Shown here: positions 1 to 7,400 of the stretch, one piece after another
How the letters are laid out: the number at the start of each line of letters is the position of its first letter
Numbering within the stretch: position 1 is the stretch's first letter
Assembly: GCA_051382335.1 (NCBI GenBank)
Contig: JBBCAX010000302.1
Coordinates: forward strand, 1-46,636
From: Deltaproteobacteria bacterium TL4
GTDB taxonomy: Bacteria > SAR324 > NAC60-12
DNA length: 46,636 nucleotides
Direction: 5' to 3'
The notes under the pieces: generated by a model
Told to the model about the DNA's origin: nothing
Databases searched by the model: none
What the model saw: only the letters and a program-made list of their open reading frames with translations
Program-made: the position numbers and the translations under genes

Positions 1-116
1 AAAGGATTCAAAGATAGAATCATGGAAATTGCCTGTGGGCTACACAACTTTAGATTGAAGTTTCGACCTTGGAAGGCAATGGAAATTCAGGTAGTGTAAA
101 ATCGGCATAATGTCTA
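1..116 (+). mobile_element. 3' end of an IS5-family (DDE_Tnp_4/ISL2-like) transposase plus probable right IS end
   Basis: Frame 1 (1-99) reads KGFKDRIMEIACGLHNFRLKFRPWKAMEIQVV*; MEIACGLHNFR resembles the C-terminus of these transposases. It is followed by ...CATAATGTCTA, after which homology to the PEGA gene family begins at ~116. Confidence 0.65.
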
Positions 117-1411
117 ATGATCATCTGCTCTCAGGAGTTTATCTGCTGAGTGTCCGCAAGGCGTTGTATCTGCCGGTGGAAAACCAAAGGGTCGTGATTG
201 AGGACGAGGGGAAACTCCAGCAGTCGTTCACACTGGACCCCAACTTTGGTGAAATTCGTGTTGAGGCGGAACCGCGAGGCACACAAATTGTGGTAGCCCC
301 GTGTTTCGTCACGGGGAAAGAGAGCGGCGGCGCGACAAAATGTGAGACGGACAACTCCCCCGCGGCGAAACGCGGGGCTACCGAGACCTCTCCCGCGACC
401 CTGCGCCTGGAACCCGGTGATTATCAGTTCAAACTCAGAAAAGACGGCTACGCCCCGCTGGAATTCAAGGTGAGCGTGGCACGGAATAAAAAACAGATGA
501 TCTCTGCCACAGAGGCCACGCTCAGGAAGCTGGAAGGCTTCGTGATGGTGTCTTCCAAACCATACATCGAAGGGGCCAGTGTCTTTGTGGATGGGGAGGA
601 TCAAGGCGAAGTTCCCGCCCAACTGACGCTTGCCGCCGGAGCGCATGAGATTGAGGTCCGCCAGGACGGCAAAGCAGGCAAGGAAACGATCACGCTCAAG
701 GATGGACAAACCTTGACGCTGGAATTGGAACTCAAGGAACAAGCGTCTGGAGATTTTGTCCTGGTCAAAGGCGGCTGCTTCCAGATGGGTGACATCTTTG
801 GAGAAGGAGGAAGTGACGAAAAGCCCGTGCATAAGGTTTGTCTCGATGATTTTTACCTCGGCAAAACGGAAGTAACTCAAGGCCAGTGGCAAAAGGTGAT
901 GGGCAATAATCCTTCAAACTTCAAGAACGGAGACAATTATCCGGTGGAGCAAGTGAGTTGGAATGATATTCAGATTTTTCTGCAACGGCTGAATCAGCAG
1001 GGCGGGAAGTACCGCTTGCCGACGGAAGCGGAATGGGAATACGCCTCCCGGAGCGGAGGAAAAAGGGAACGCTACTCTGGCAGCGACTCAATTGACGGGG
1101 TGGCGTGGTACGATGGCAACTCCGGAAATCAAACCCATGCGGTGGGAACGAAAGCGCCGAATGGCTTGGGTTTGTATGACATGACCGGAAATGTTTGGGA
1201 ATGGGTTCAGGATTGGTACGGTGAAAATTATTACTCACAAAGTCCTTCAACGAACCCCCGTGGACCGTCCAATGGCTCGTACCGTGTCTACCGCGGCGGC
1301 AGTTGGTACTACTTCGCCGGGTACTCGCGTTCGGCGAATCGTTACTACGACTCGCCCGACTGCCGGTACCACTACTTCGGGTTTCGGTTCGCCTTCTCCC
1401 CAGGTCAGTAG
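110..1411 (+). CDS. PEGA-repeat + FGE-sulfatase (C-type lectin fold) protein, likely DGR target; 5'-truncated by the upstream IS
   Basis: PEGA repeats (V.S.P.GA.V.VDG...G.VP..L.L..G.H.IEV) and FGE-domain motifs EVTQGQW, YRLPTEAEWEYA, PNGLGLYDMTGNVWEW, RGGSW and GFR. The ATG at 110 lies in the IS end and the ORF starts mid-PEGA. Confidence 0.85.
   Translation: MSNDHLLSGVYLLSVRKALYLPVENQRVVIEDEGKLQQSFTLDPNFGEIRVEAEPRGTQIVVAPCFVTGKESGGATKCETDNSPAAKRGATETSPATLRLEPGDYQFKLRKDGYAPLEFKVSVARNKKQMISATEATLRKLEGFVMVSSKPYIEGASVFVDGEDQGEVPAQLTLAAGAHEIEVRQDGKAGKETITLKDGQTLTLELELKEQASGDFVLVKGGCFQMGDIFGEGGSDEKPVHKVCLDDFYLGKTEVTQGQWQKVMGNNPSNFKNGDNYPVEQVSWNDIQIFLQRLNQQGGKYRLPTEAEWEYASRSGGKRERYSGSDSIDGVAWYDGNSGNQTHAVGTKAPNGLGLYDMTGNVWEWVQDWYGENYYSQSPSTNPRGPSNGSYRVYRGGSWYYFAGYSRSANRYYDSPDCRYHYFGFRFAFSPGQ
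292..382. repeat. Inverted REP doublet (REPIN-like) embedded in-frame in the PEGA gene
   Basis: GGTAGCCCCGTGTTTCGTCACGGGG (292-316) and CCCCGCGGCGAAACGCGGGGCTACC (358-382) are near reverse complements; each is GTAG plus a hairpin. Confidence 0.8.
1274..1411 (+). other. DGR variable region (VR)-like segment
   Basis: GSYRVYRGGSWYYFAGYSRSANRYYDSPDCRYHYFGFRFA: variable positions are NNC codons (9 TAC plus TTC, GAC, TGC, CAC), while scaffold codons largely avoid A (CGT, CGC, GGC, TCG, GCG, CGG). Confidence 0.75.
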
Positions 1412-1432
1412 GAGGGCAGATTCAGGCAGAGA

Positions 1433-1514
1433 GGAGTTGGGAAGCGTCCGCGCCGGAACGGAACGGAGCGAGGGACGAGCGGAGAGGAGAGGAGGTCGGA
1501 GGGTTCCCAACTCC
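1433..1514. repeat. 11-bp perfect inverted repeat just downstream of the VR (possible DGR cis hairpin/cruciform)
   Basis: GGAGTTGGGAA (1433-1443) and TTCCCAACTCC (1504-1514) enclose a purine-rich 60-nt spacer. Confidence 0.55.
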
Positions 1515-1550
1515 GAGTCAGTGGGAAAAAGAAAAAGGGGGTCAAGGGGG

Positions 1551-1961
1551 CTTGCCGGGAGCTATCAGTTCAGTCTGCGCAAACCCCTGTATCACCCGTT
1601 GGAGAACCAACGGATCGTGATTGAGAATGAAGGACAGCATCGGCATTCCTTCACGCTGAAACCGAAATTCGGGACGCTGACGGTGAGCAGCACCCCTTCG
1701 GAAGCAGAAGTATTTCTGGCGGGGGAGAAAGTGGGTGAGACGCCATACACGAATGAGTATCTGCTCTCTGGGGTGTATCTGCTGAGTGTGCGCAAGTCGA
1801 TGTATCTGCCTGTTGAAAACCAGCGGATCGAAATCAAGGACGAAGGCAGTCACCAACAGTCCTTCACACTGGAAGCGAATTTCGGAGAAGTGAGAATTGA
1901 ATCCGTACCCATTGGAGCAAAAATTGAGGTGATTCGTTTAGATTCACAAGCATTGAAATGA
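1551..1961 (+). pseudogene. Headless PEGA-repeat gene fragment paralogous to the 5' part of 110-1411
   Basis: LAGSYQFSLRKPLYHP...GTLTVSSTPSEAEVFLAGEKVGETP; ~1752-1930 aligns with 116-291. It has no own start codon and ends just before the RAYT cassette. Confidence 0.75.
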
Positions 1962-1980
1962 AATGGATTGCGACAAGTTT

Positions 1981-2000
1981 GTAGTTCCGCCTTTAGGCGG
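1981..2000 (+). repeat. REP (GTAG type), left flank of RAYT
   Basis: GTAGTTCCGCCTTTAGGCGG: GTAG tetranucleotide plus CCGCC/GGCGG stem. Confidence 0.85.
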
Positions 2001-2018
2001 TTTCTAAAGGAATTTAAG

Positions 2019-2621
2019 ATGTATGACTGGCGAAAAATGTCAGAGATCGAACGACAAGAAATTCTGACATTACGACAGAAAAAAGAGGTGCCTTGGCATT
2101 CACCTCCTCATTGGAAACAAGAAGGAGAAATGACGTTTATCATTACCGCCTCCTGTTATGAACATAGTCCGATCATAGGGAAAAATCGTCATCGAATGCT
2201 GGAATGTGAATCAAGTGTGTTGCAAGTTAGTCATAGCTGGTCATCGAAAGTGTTTGCCTGGTGTATTTTGCCTAATCATTATCATCTCTTGGTACAAACC
2301 GGACAAATTAAGAAACTCTTAGGTGAACTGGGACAGTTTCATGGAAGGTCATCCTTCCGATGGAATGGCGAAGACGCTCAAAGAGGACGAAAGGTATGGT
2401 ATCGGAGCACAGATCGCTTCATTCGATCCGATGATCATTTTTTCGCGACATTAAATTATGTGAATCATAATGCCGTAAAACATGGATATGTGGCAAAATG
2501 GCAGGATTGGCCGTTTTCGAGCGCAAAGTCGTTTCTTGAAGAGATAGGACATGCAAAAGCTGAGGAAATTTGGCGATCTTATCCGGTACTGGGGTACGGA
2601 GAGAAATGGGATATTGATTGA
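2019..2621 (+). CDS. REP-associated tyrosine transposase (RAYT, IS200/Y1 HUH family)
   Basis: FIITAS, AWCILPNHYHLLV (HUH), LNYVNHNAVKHG (catalytic Tyr) and WQDWPFSS motifs; AAGGAA RBS before ATG 2019; flanked by inverted REPs. Confidence 0.85.
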   Translation: MYDWRKMSEIERQEILTLRQKKEVPWHSPPHWKQEGEMTFIITASCYEHSPIIGKNRHRMLECESSVLQVSHSWSSKVFAWCILPNHYHLLVQTGQIKKLLGELGQFHGRSSFRWNGEDAQRGRKVWYRSTDRFIRSDDHFFATLNYVNHNAVKHGYVAKWQDWPFSSAKSFLEEIGHAKAEEIWRSYPVLGYGEKWDID

Positions 2622-2633
2622 TGTGATTATTAA

Positions 2634-2653
2634 CCGCCTGAAGGCGGAACTAC
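2634..2653 (-). repeat. REP (GTAG type), right flank of RAYT
   Basis: Reverse complement GTAGTTCCGCCTTCAGGCGG, one mismatch to the left REP. Confidence 0.85.
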
Positions 2654-2690
2654 GAACTGGGATCTAAAACTTTTTAAAGAGGAGGACTTC

Positions 2691-3455
2691 ATGTTGAAAA
2701 ACCCGCTCTTCACAGGGCTGATCTGCTTTTTTATTTTTGGCTGTGCTCCCCAAACTCCTTCACCAGCAAAGTCAGCGTCACAGGAAACAGTAATAGATAG
2801 AAATTCTCAGACTGCCAGCAGCACGGCTGCCACTACAAACACCAACCTGACGACTCCCACCACGCTGCGCCTGGAACCCGGTGACTACCAATTCAAACTC
2901 TCGAAAGAGGGCTACGCCCCGCTGGAATTCAAGGTGAGCGTGGCACGGAACAAAAAACAGACGATCAGCGCCACAGACGCGACCTTGCGGAAGCTGGAAG
3001 GCTTCGTGATGGTTTCCTCGAAGCCGTATGAGGAAGGAGCGCGGGTGTTTGTGGATGGCACGGATCAGGGCGAAGTTCCGGCGCAACTAACGCTTGCCGT
3101 CGGAGCGCATGAGATTGAAGTCCGCAAGGACGGCAAAGCGGGCAAGGAATCCATCACGCTCAAGGATGGACAAACCTTGACGCTGGAACTCGAACTCAAA
3201 GAACAAGCGTCTGGAGATTTTGTCCTGGTCAAAGGCGGCTGCTTCCAGATGGGTGACATCTTTGGAGAAGGAGGAAGTGACGAAAAGCCCGTGCATAAGG
3301 TTTGTCTCGATGATTTTTACCTCGGCAAAACGGAAGTAACTCAAGGCCAGTGGCAAAAGGTGATGGGCAATAATCCTTCAAACTTCAAGAACGGAGACAA
3401 TTATCCGGAGAAAAACAGGACAACCAGTGCGCCAGGCGAAGCTGGCAAGAAATAG
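2691..3455 (+). pseudogene. Lipoprotein PEGA + FGE-domain paralog, truncated at 3408 (lacks the C-terminal lectin/VR half)
   Basis: GAGGAGG RBS and FIFGC lipobox; ~2855-3408 aligns with ~391-944. Identity stops after TTATCCGG (3408) and the ORF runs out into intron sequence. Confidence 0.8.
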
Positions 3456-4186
3456 AGAGTGAAAGTCTCTTACTCGGTAAGGCAGTAGCGTCCCGCCGAG
3501 ACCCCGAGTCATGGGCAGCTTATCCGTAAGGGTAGGTGTTAAGCGTTGACAGGGGAGTGCCTAGGCTCGGTATCGAGCTTCGAAATCAAAATTCCAGGTG
3601 CTGACCTTGTTGGCTGAAGGGGAAGGCCATATCAACCAAAGGCGTTAAGGCGAGCCGCGGTTGGACCAGGCGGAGTCATAGACCCGATGCCTGTGAGGAA
3701 GTTTCTTGACCAAAACCTGGGAGATCCTGAAAACGACTGTCAACGTTTCAAGGGCAGTCGGGCTGGGAAAATTAATCAATAACCCCGGCCTTTACGTTTT
3801 CAGGAAGTCGGACAAGTCCATAGGAGTGATGAAGCAGGCGAACAACGAAATCAATTTGTAGAAAGAAACTAAGGATACAAAAGAAATCAGCGGAGTTTGT
3901 GGAGCAAAGGGACTTGGCTAAGAGGAATTCGGCTTGCCCTCCTGTGTCTGGGACTCAGGGACCGGAAAAATCAGAGAGTGGTTTAAGCAGGATACGCGCT
4001 GCAGCGAAACGGGAACCCAAGCTTCAGTTCAATAATCTCTTAAGGTTGAACTGGGACCACTTCACAGTTCTGGTTAGACTTCACATTCCTTCGGTAAGAA
4101 TCACTCACCCGTATCCGAATCAACGTCTGTTCGTCTGACTCGAAGCAGGAGCCGGATGCGTTAGTAGCGCAAGTCCGGATCTGTGC
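3427..4186 (+). ncRNA. Group II intron RNA (bacterial class E-like) with internally deleted IEP and no domain VI
   Basis: 5' GTGCG at 3427; DI motif GAGAGTGAAAGTCTCT; GGGAAGGC, GGAGATCC and GGAAGTCGGA-type DI-DIII motifs; domain V GAGCCGGATGCGTTAGTAGCGCAAGTCCGGATCT (4149-4182) with AGC triad. Confidence 0.8.
3899..4138 (+). pseudogene. Remnant intron-encoded protein: N-terminus fused in frame to C-terminus
   Basis: SGLSRIRAAAKREPKLQFNNLL (IEP N-terminus) joins RLNWDHF...IPSVRITHPYPNQR (maturase C-terminus) at ~4042/4043; no RT core. The true start is uncertain. Confidence 0.7.
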
Positions 4187-4889
4187 CGAAAGACAATCTC
4201 TATAAGCTTTGGAATCGTATGTCCTCTGGAAGCTATTTCCCTCCACCAGTACGCATGGTAGAGATCCCAAAAAATGATGGAAAAACCACACGTAAGTTAG
4301 GAATTCCCACCGTTTCGGATCGAATTGCTCAGATGGTTGTTAAATTGTATCTGGAGCCGAATGTGGAGCCTTATTTTCATACAGACGCATACGGATACCG
4401 ACCTGGAAAATCCGCAGTGGAAGCCGTAGGCCTTGCCTTGCCCAACAAAGATGTTGGCGTTATGACTATGTGCTGGATTTGGATATACAGGGATTTTTCG
4501 ACAATCTGGATCATGAACTGACCCTGCGACTCATTAGCCAGTACACAGACTGCAAGTGGATTTTACGCTATATTGAACGATGGCTTAAAGCTCCCGTTCA
4601 ACAAGTAGATGGAGTCCTGGTAGATAGGGACAAGGGGACCCCTCAAGGGTCAGTTATTTCACCCTTGATCTCGAATGTGTTTCTGCATTATGCCCTGGAT
4701 GATTGGATGCAAAGGAATTACCCGGAGCATCCCTTTGAGAGGTACGCTGATGACATGGTGGCACACTGCCGAAACGAAGCGGAAGCTCAAAAGCTATGGA
4801 AAGCCATCGAGGATCGGCTCACTGAATGCAAACTGAAACTACATCCTGAGAAGACTAAAATAGTCTACTGCAAGGATGCTTTTAACTAA
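4183..4889 (+). pseudogene. ltrA: Group II intron reverse transcriptase fragment (class D/RmInt1-like), frameshifted and truncated
   Basis: KDNLYKLWNRMSSGSYFPPPV, LGIPTVSDRIAQ, LDLDIQGFFD, GTPQGSVISP, RYADD and HPEKTKIVYCKD motifs. Frameshift from the CCTTG-CCTTG duplication at 4431-4440; stops before FLG and domain X. Confidence 0.85.
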
Positions 4890-5039
4890 GGCCATTGACA
4901 TTCTTGGATATTGAGCATAAGATTCCGACCAAATTTTTGTAAAAAGTTGGTCAGCAAGTATGGAGCGATTGAAGGAACTTTGTGCCGCGCTTTGCAACGC
5001 ATCGGGATGCTCTCTTTGGCTGTGAACCTCAAGCAAGAA

Positions 5040-5201
5040 GAAATTAATGAAAGTAAAGAAAAGGATGTACGGAGAACTCTTTCAGCTCTTGCCCATGCTT
5101 GCCGTTCCGATGGGATCGTTGTTATCAATGCCTTACTGTGGCTACCCAACGGCAAAGTTGACAGAGAAAAACTGATTAGCATAATTGACAAAGAAGGATA
5201 A
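5040..5201 (+). pseudogene. C-terminal scrap of an adenylation (AMP-binding) domain gene
   Basis: ...IVVINALLWLPNGKVDREKL resembles the A10 motif (LP.TPNGKVDR..L). Confidence 0.5.
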
Positions 5202-5225
5202 CACTTCAATTATAGAGGAAATAGC

Positions 5226-7277
5226 ATGATTCTCTCAGCATTGGTTTTAGGTAGTGTTCTATATATTGGTTATAAAGAATTGAATAAGGGGACTGAAAAG
5301 GGCAACTCGTCTCTGCCGCTTAAAAACGACGACGATAAAGCTTTAAGTGCCATAGAAAATAAAATGTCTCAAATGTTTGAGCGGAATACGGAATCCGATG
5401 CTAACAAGTTAGAAGTTTATAAAAAAAAGAGTAAACGCGAAATGATTTCGGTTTCGACAGCACTCGCCTTTTCTGTGGCTGGGTTTATTTATCATCCTTT
5501 TTTTCTACTCAGTGTTCCTTTCATTCTCTATTCGAGTAAGGATGTTTATAAGGCGGCCTTTTTACAGCTTAAAAAAGGTAAAATCAGCGTTAGTACGCTA
5601 GTGAGTATTACCATTACAGGGGTTATGATCCTGGGTCATTTTTTTATCGCCAGCTTACTTATTGTATTCCTGGCCCTGGCCACGCGACTTACCGAACGAA
5701 TGGCTCAAACGTCTAAAAAACAACTGTTTGATGTGTTTGAACAAAAGATTGAGAATGTTTGGATTCTGGTGAAAGGCGTTGAAGTTAGTATTCCTTTTAA
5801 GGAACTGCAAGTGGAGGATTTGGTGGTGGTTAGTGCGGGAGAAACTATTCCCGCAGATGGGACGGTTATCGAAGGCATGGCCAGTATTGATCAGCATATT
5901 TTAACCGGTGAGGCAAGACCTATAGAAAGAGGTGTTGGTGACGAAGTGTTTGCTTCAACCGTGATTTTATCAGGAAAAATTCATGTTAAAGTGGAAAAAA
6001 CAGGTGAAGAAAGTACTGTCGCCAAAATCACAAAAATCTTGAATAGTACAGTGAGTTTTAAGTCAACCACGCAATTACGCGCGGAAAGTTTCTCTGAGCA
6101 TTTAGTGAAGCCTGCCATGGTTGCCGGTTGTTTCGCGGTACCAATTTTGGGTTTTACTAGCGCTTTAGCCGTTCTGAACACTCACCCTAAAAACAAGATA
6201 ATGATTCTTGCTCCGCTGAGTATTATGAACCATCTCAATTTGGCTTCCAGGCAAGGAATTCTTGTTAAGGATGGACGTTCTTTAGAATTGCTGGATCAAG
6301 TAGATACCATCGTTTTTGATAAAACCGGCACCTTGACAGAGGAACAACCGCACGTAGGAGCTATTCACTGTTGTGCGCATTATACCGAACACCAAGTCCT
6401 GACTTATGCGGCGGCGGCTGAACATAAACAGAGCCACCCTCTTGCTAAAGCGATTCAACAAGAAGCGAAAAATCGTCAATTAAATGTCCCCCTTATCGAT
6501 GACAGTGAGTATAAAATAGGTTATGGACTCATTGTTGAAATAGAGGGACAAACCATCCATGTCGGAAGTACTCGTTTTATGAAAGTGGAAGGTATGACGA
6601 TCCCGGTTTCCATCAGACAGCAAGAACAACGTTCTCATGAAGAAGGAAACACGCTCATCCTGATCGCCGTTGATCAGCAGGTCGTTGGTTCGATTGAATT
6701 GATACCGACCGTGCGTTCAGAAGCAAAAAACATGATCCGCCTGTTAAAACAACGCTCCAAAATCAAAACCACTATTATGATTTCCGGAGATAATGAGATC
6801 CCAACGAAAAAATTAGCGGAGGATCTTGGCATCGATTCATATTATGCGGAAACGTTGCCAGAAGAAAAAGCGAATATTATTGAGAAATTGCAACAACAAG
6901 GTCATTTTATTTGTTATGTGGGAGATGGCATCAATGATTCGATCGCACTCAAAAAATCGCAAGTCTCTGTGTCTTTGAGTGGTGCTTCCGCGATTGCTAT
7001 CGATACGGCGCAAATTATTTTAATGGATAAAGGCTTAAATCATCTTAACTTATTGTTTGAGCTGGCTGATGCTTTCAATGCTAATATGAATACGACCTTT
7101 AAAATTCTGTTGACTCCCGCGATTATTGGCGTAAGTGGGGCCTTTTTATTCGGGTTTGGTATCGCCTCCACTGTTATCTTAAATATGACGGGGTTAGCTT
7201 TCGGCTTGGGCAATACGATGTTACCCTTGTTAAAACAGTCTAAGCCACCTGTTATAGAATCACAAATATTGATCTGA
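5226..7277 (+). CDS. P1B-like (heavy-metal-type) P-type ATPase lacking the canonical CPx motif
   Basis: IPADG, LTGE, FDKTGTLT, SHPLA and YVGDGIND motifs; LNTHP sits where CPC/CPH is expected. Confidence 0.85.
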   Translation: MILSALVLGSVLYIGYKELNKGTEKGNSSLPLKNDDDKALSAIENKMSQMFERNTESDANKLEVYKKKSKREMISVSTALAFSVAGFIYHPFFLLSVPFILYSSKDVYKAAFLQLKKGKISVSTLVSITITGVMILGHFFIASLLIVFLALATRLTERMAQTSKKQLFDVFEQKIENVWILVKGVEVSIPFKELQVEDLVVVSAGETIPADGTVIEGMASIDQHILTGEARPIERGVGDEVFASTVILSGKIHVKVEKTGEESTVAKITKILNSTVSFKSTTQLRAESFSEHLVKPAMVAGCFAVPILGFTSALAVLNTHPKNKIMILAPLSIMNHLNLASRQGILVKDGRSLELLDQVDTIVFDKTGTLTEEQPHVGAIHCCAHYTEHQVLTYAAAAEHKQSHPLAKAIQQEAKNRQLNVPLIDDSEYKIGYGLIVEIEGQTIHVGSTRFMKVEGMTIPVSIRQQEQRSHEEGNTLILIAVDQQVVGSIELIPTVRSEAKNMIRLLKQRSKIKTTIMISGDNEIPTKKLAEDLGIDSYYAETLPEEKANIIEKLQQQGHFICYVGDGINDSIALKKSQVSVSLSGASAIAIDTAQIILMDKGLNHLNLLFELADAFNANMNTTFKILLTPAIIGVSGAFLFGFGIASTVILNMTGLAFGLGNTMLPLLKQSKPPVIESQILI

Positions 7278-7400
7278 TAAATTATTAAAATGAGGCCCTG
7301 TTGTTGAGTCATTGGGTCTTTGAGGAAAGTACTTTACTCTTTAAGTCCTTTTTAACTTCACACAAAATAGTTTACTTCACTGTATAGCCCATGCAAAATC

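Noticed and set aside
110..1411. FGE-domain protein as maturase of the sulfatase at 9691
   Set aside because: It lacks the catalytic Cys pair in the RGGS region (replaced by variable residues), and the sulfatase is Ser-type, which FGE does not mature.
1191..1550. 5' half of the 256-aa ORF 1191-1961 as a real protein
   Set aside because: It is an alternative-frame read-through of the VR (TTT-rich translation) and the purine-rich spacer; only 1551 onward is PEGA-like.
4183..4889. RT as the DGR reverse transcriptase for the VR at 1274-1411
   Set aside because: Motifs (NLYKLWNRMSSGSYFPPPV, GTPQGSVISP, YADD) are group II intron type rather than DGR type (G.PIG..SQ, YxDD with avd/TR); it is frameshifted and there is no TR or avd nearby.
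4911..5039. 96-aa ORF 4911-5201 as an intact gene
   Set aside because: It looks like a mosaic (possible IS630-like HTH scrap TLCRALQRIG joined to an A-domain tail); no credible start or RBS.
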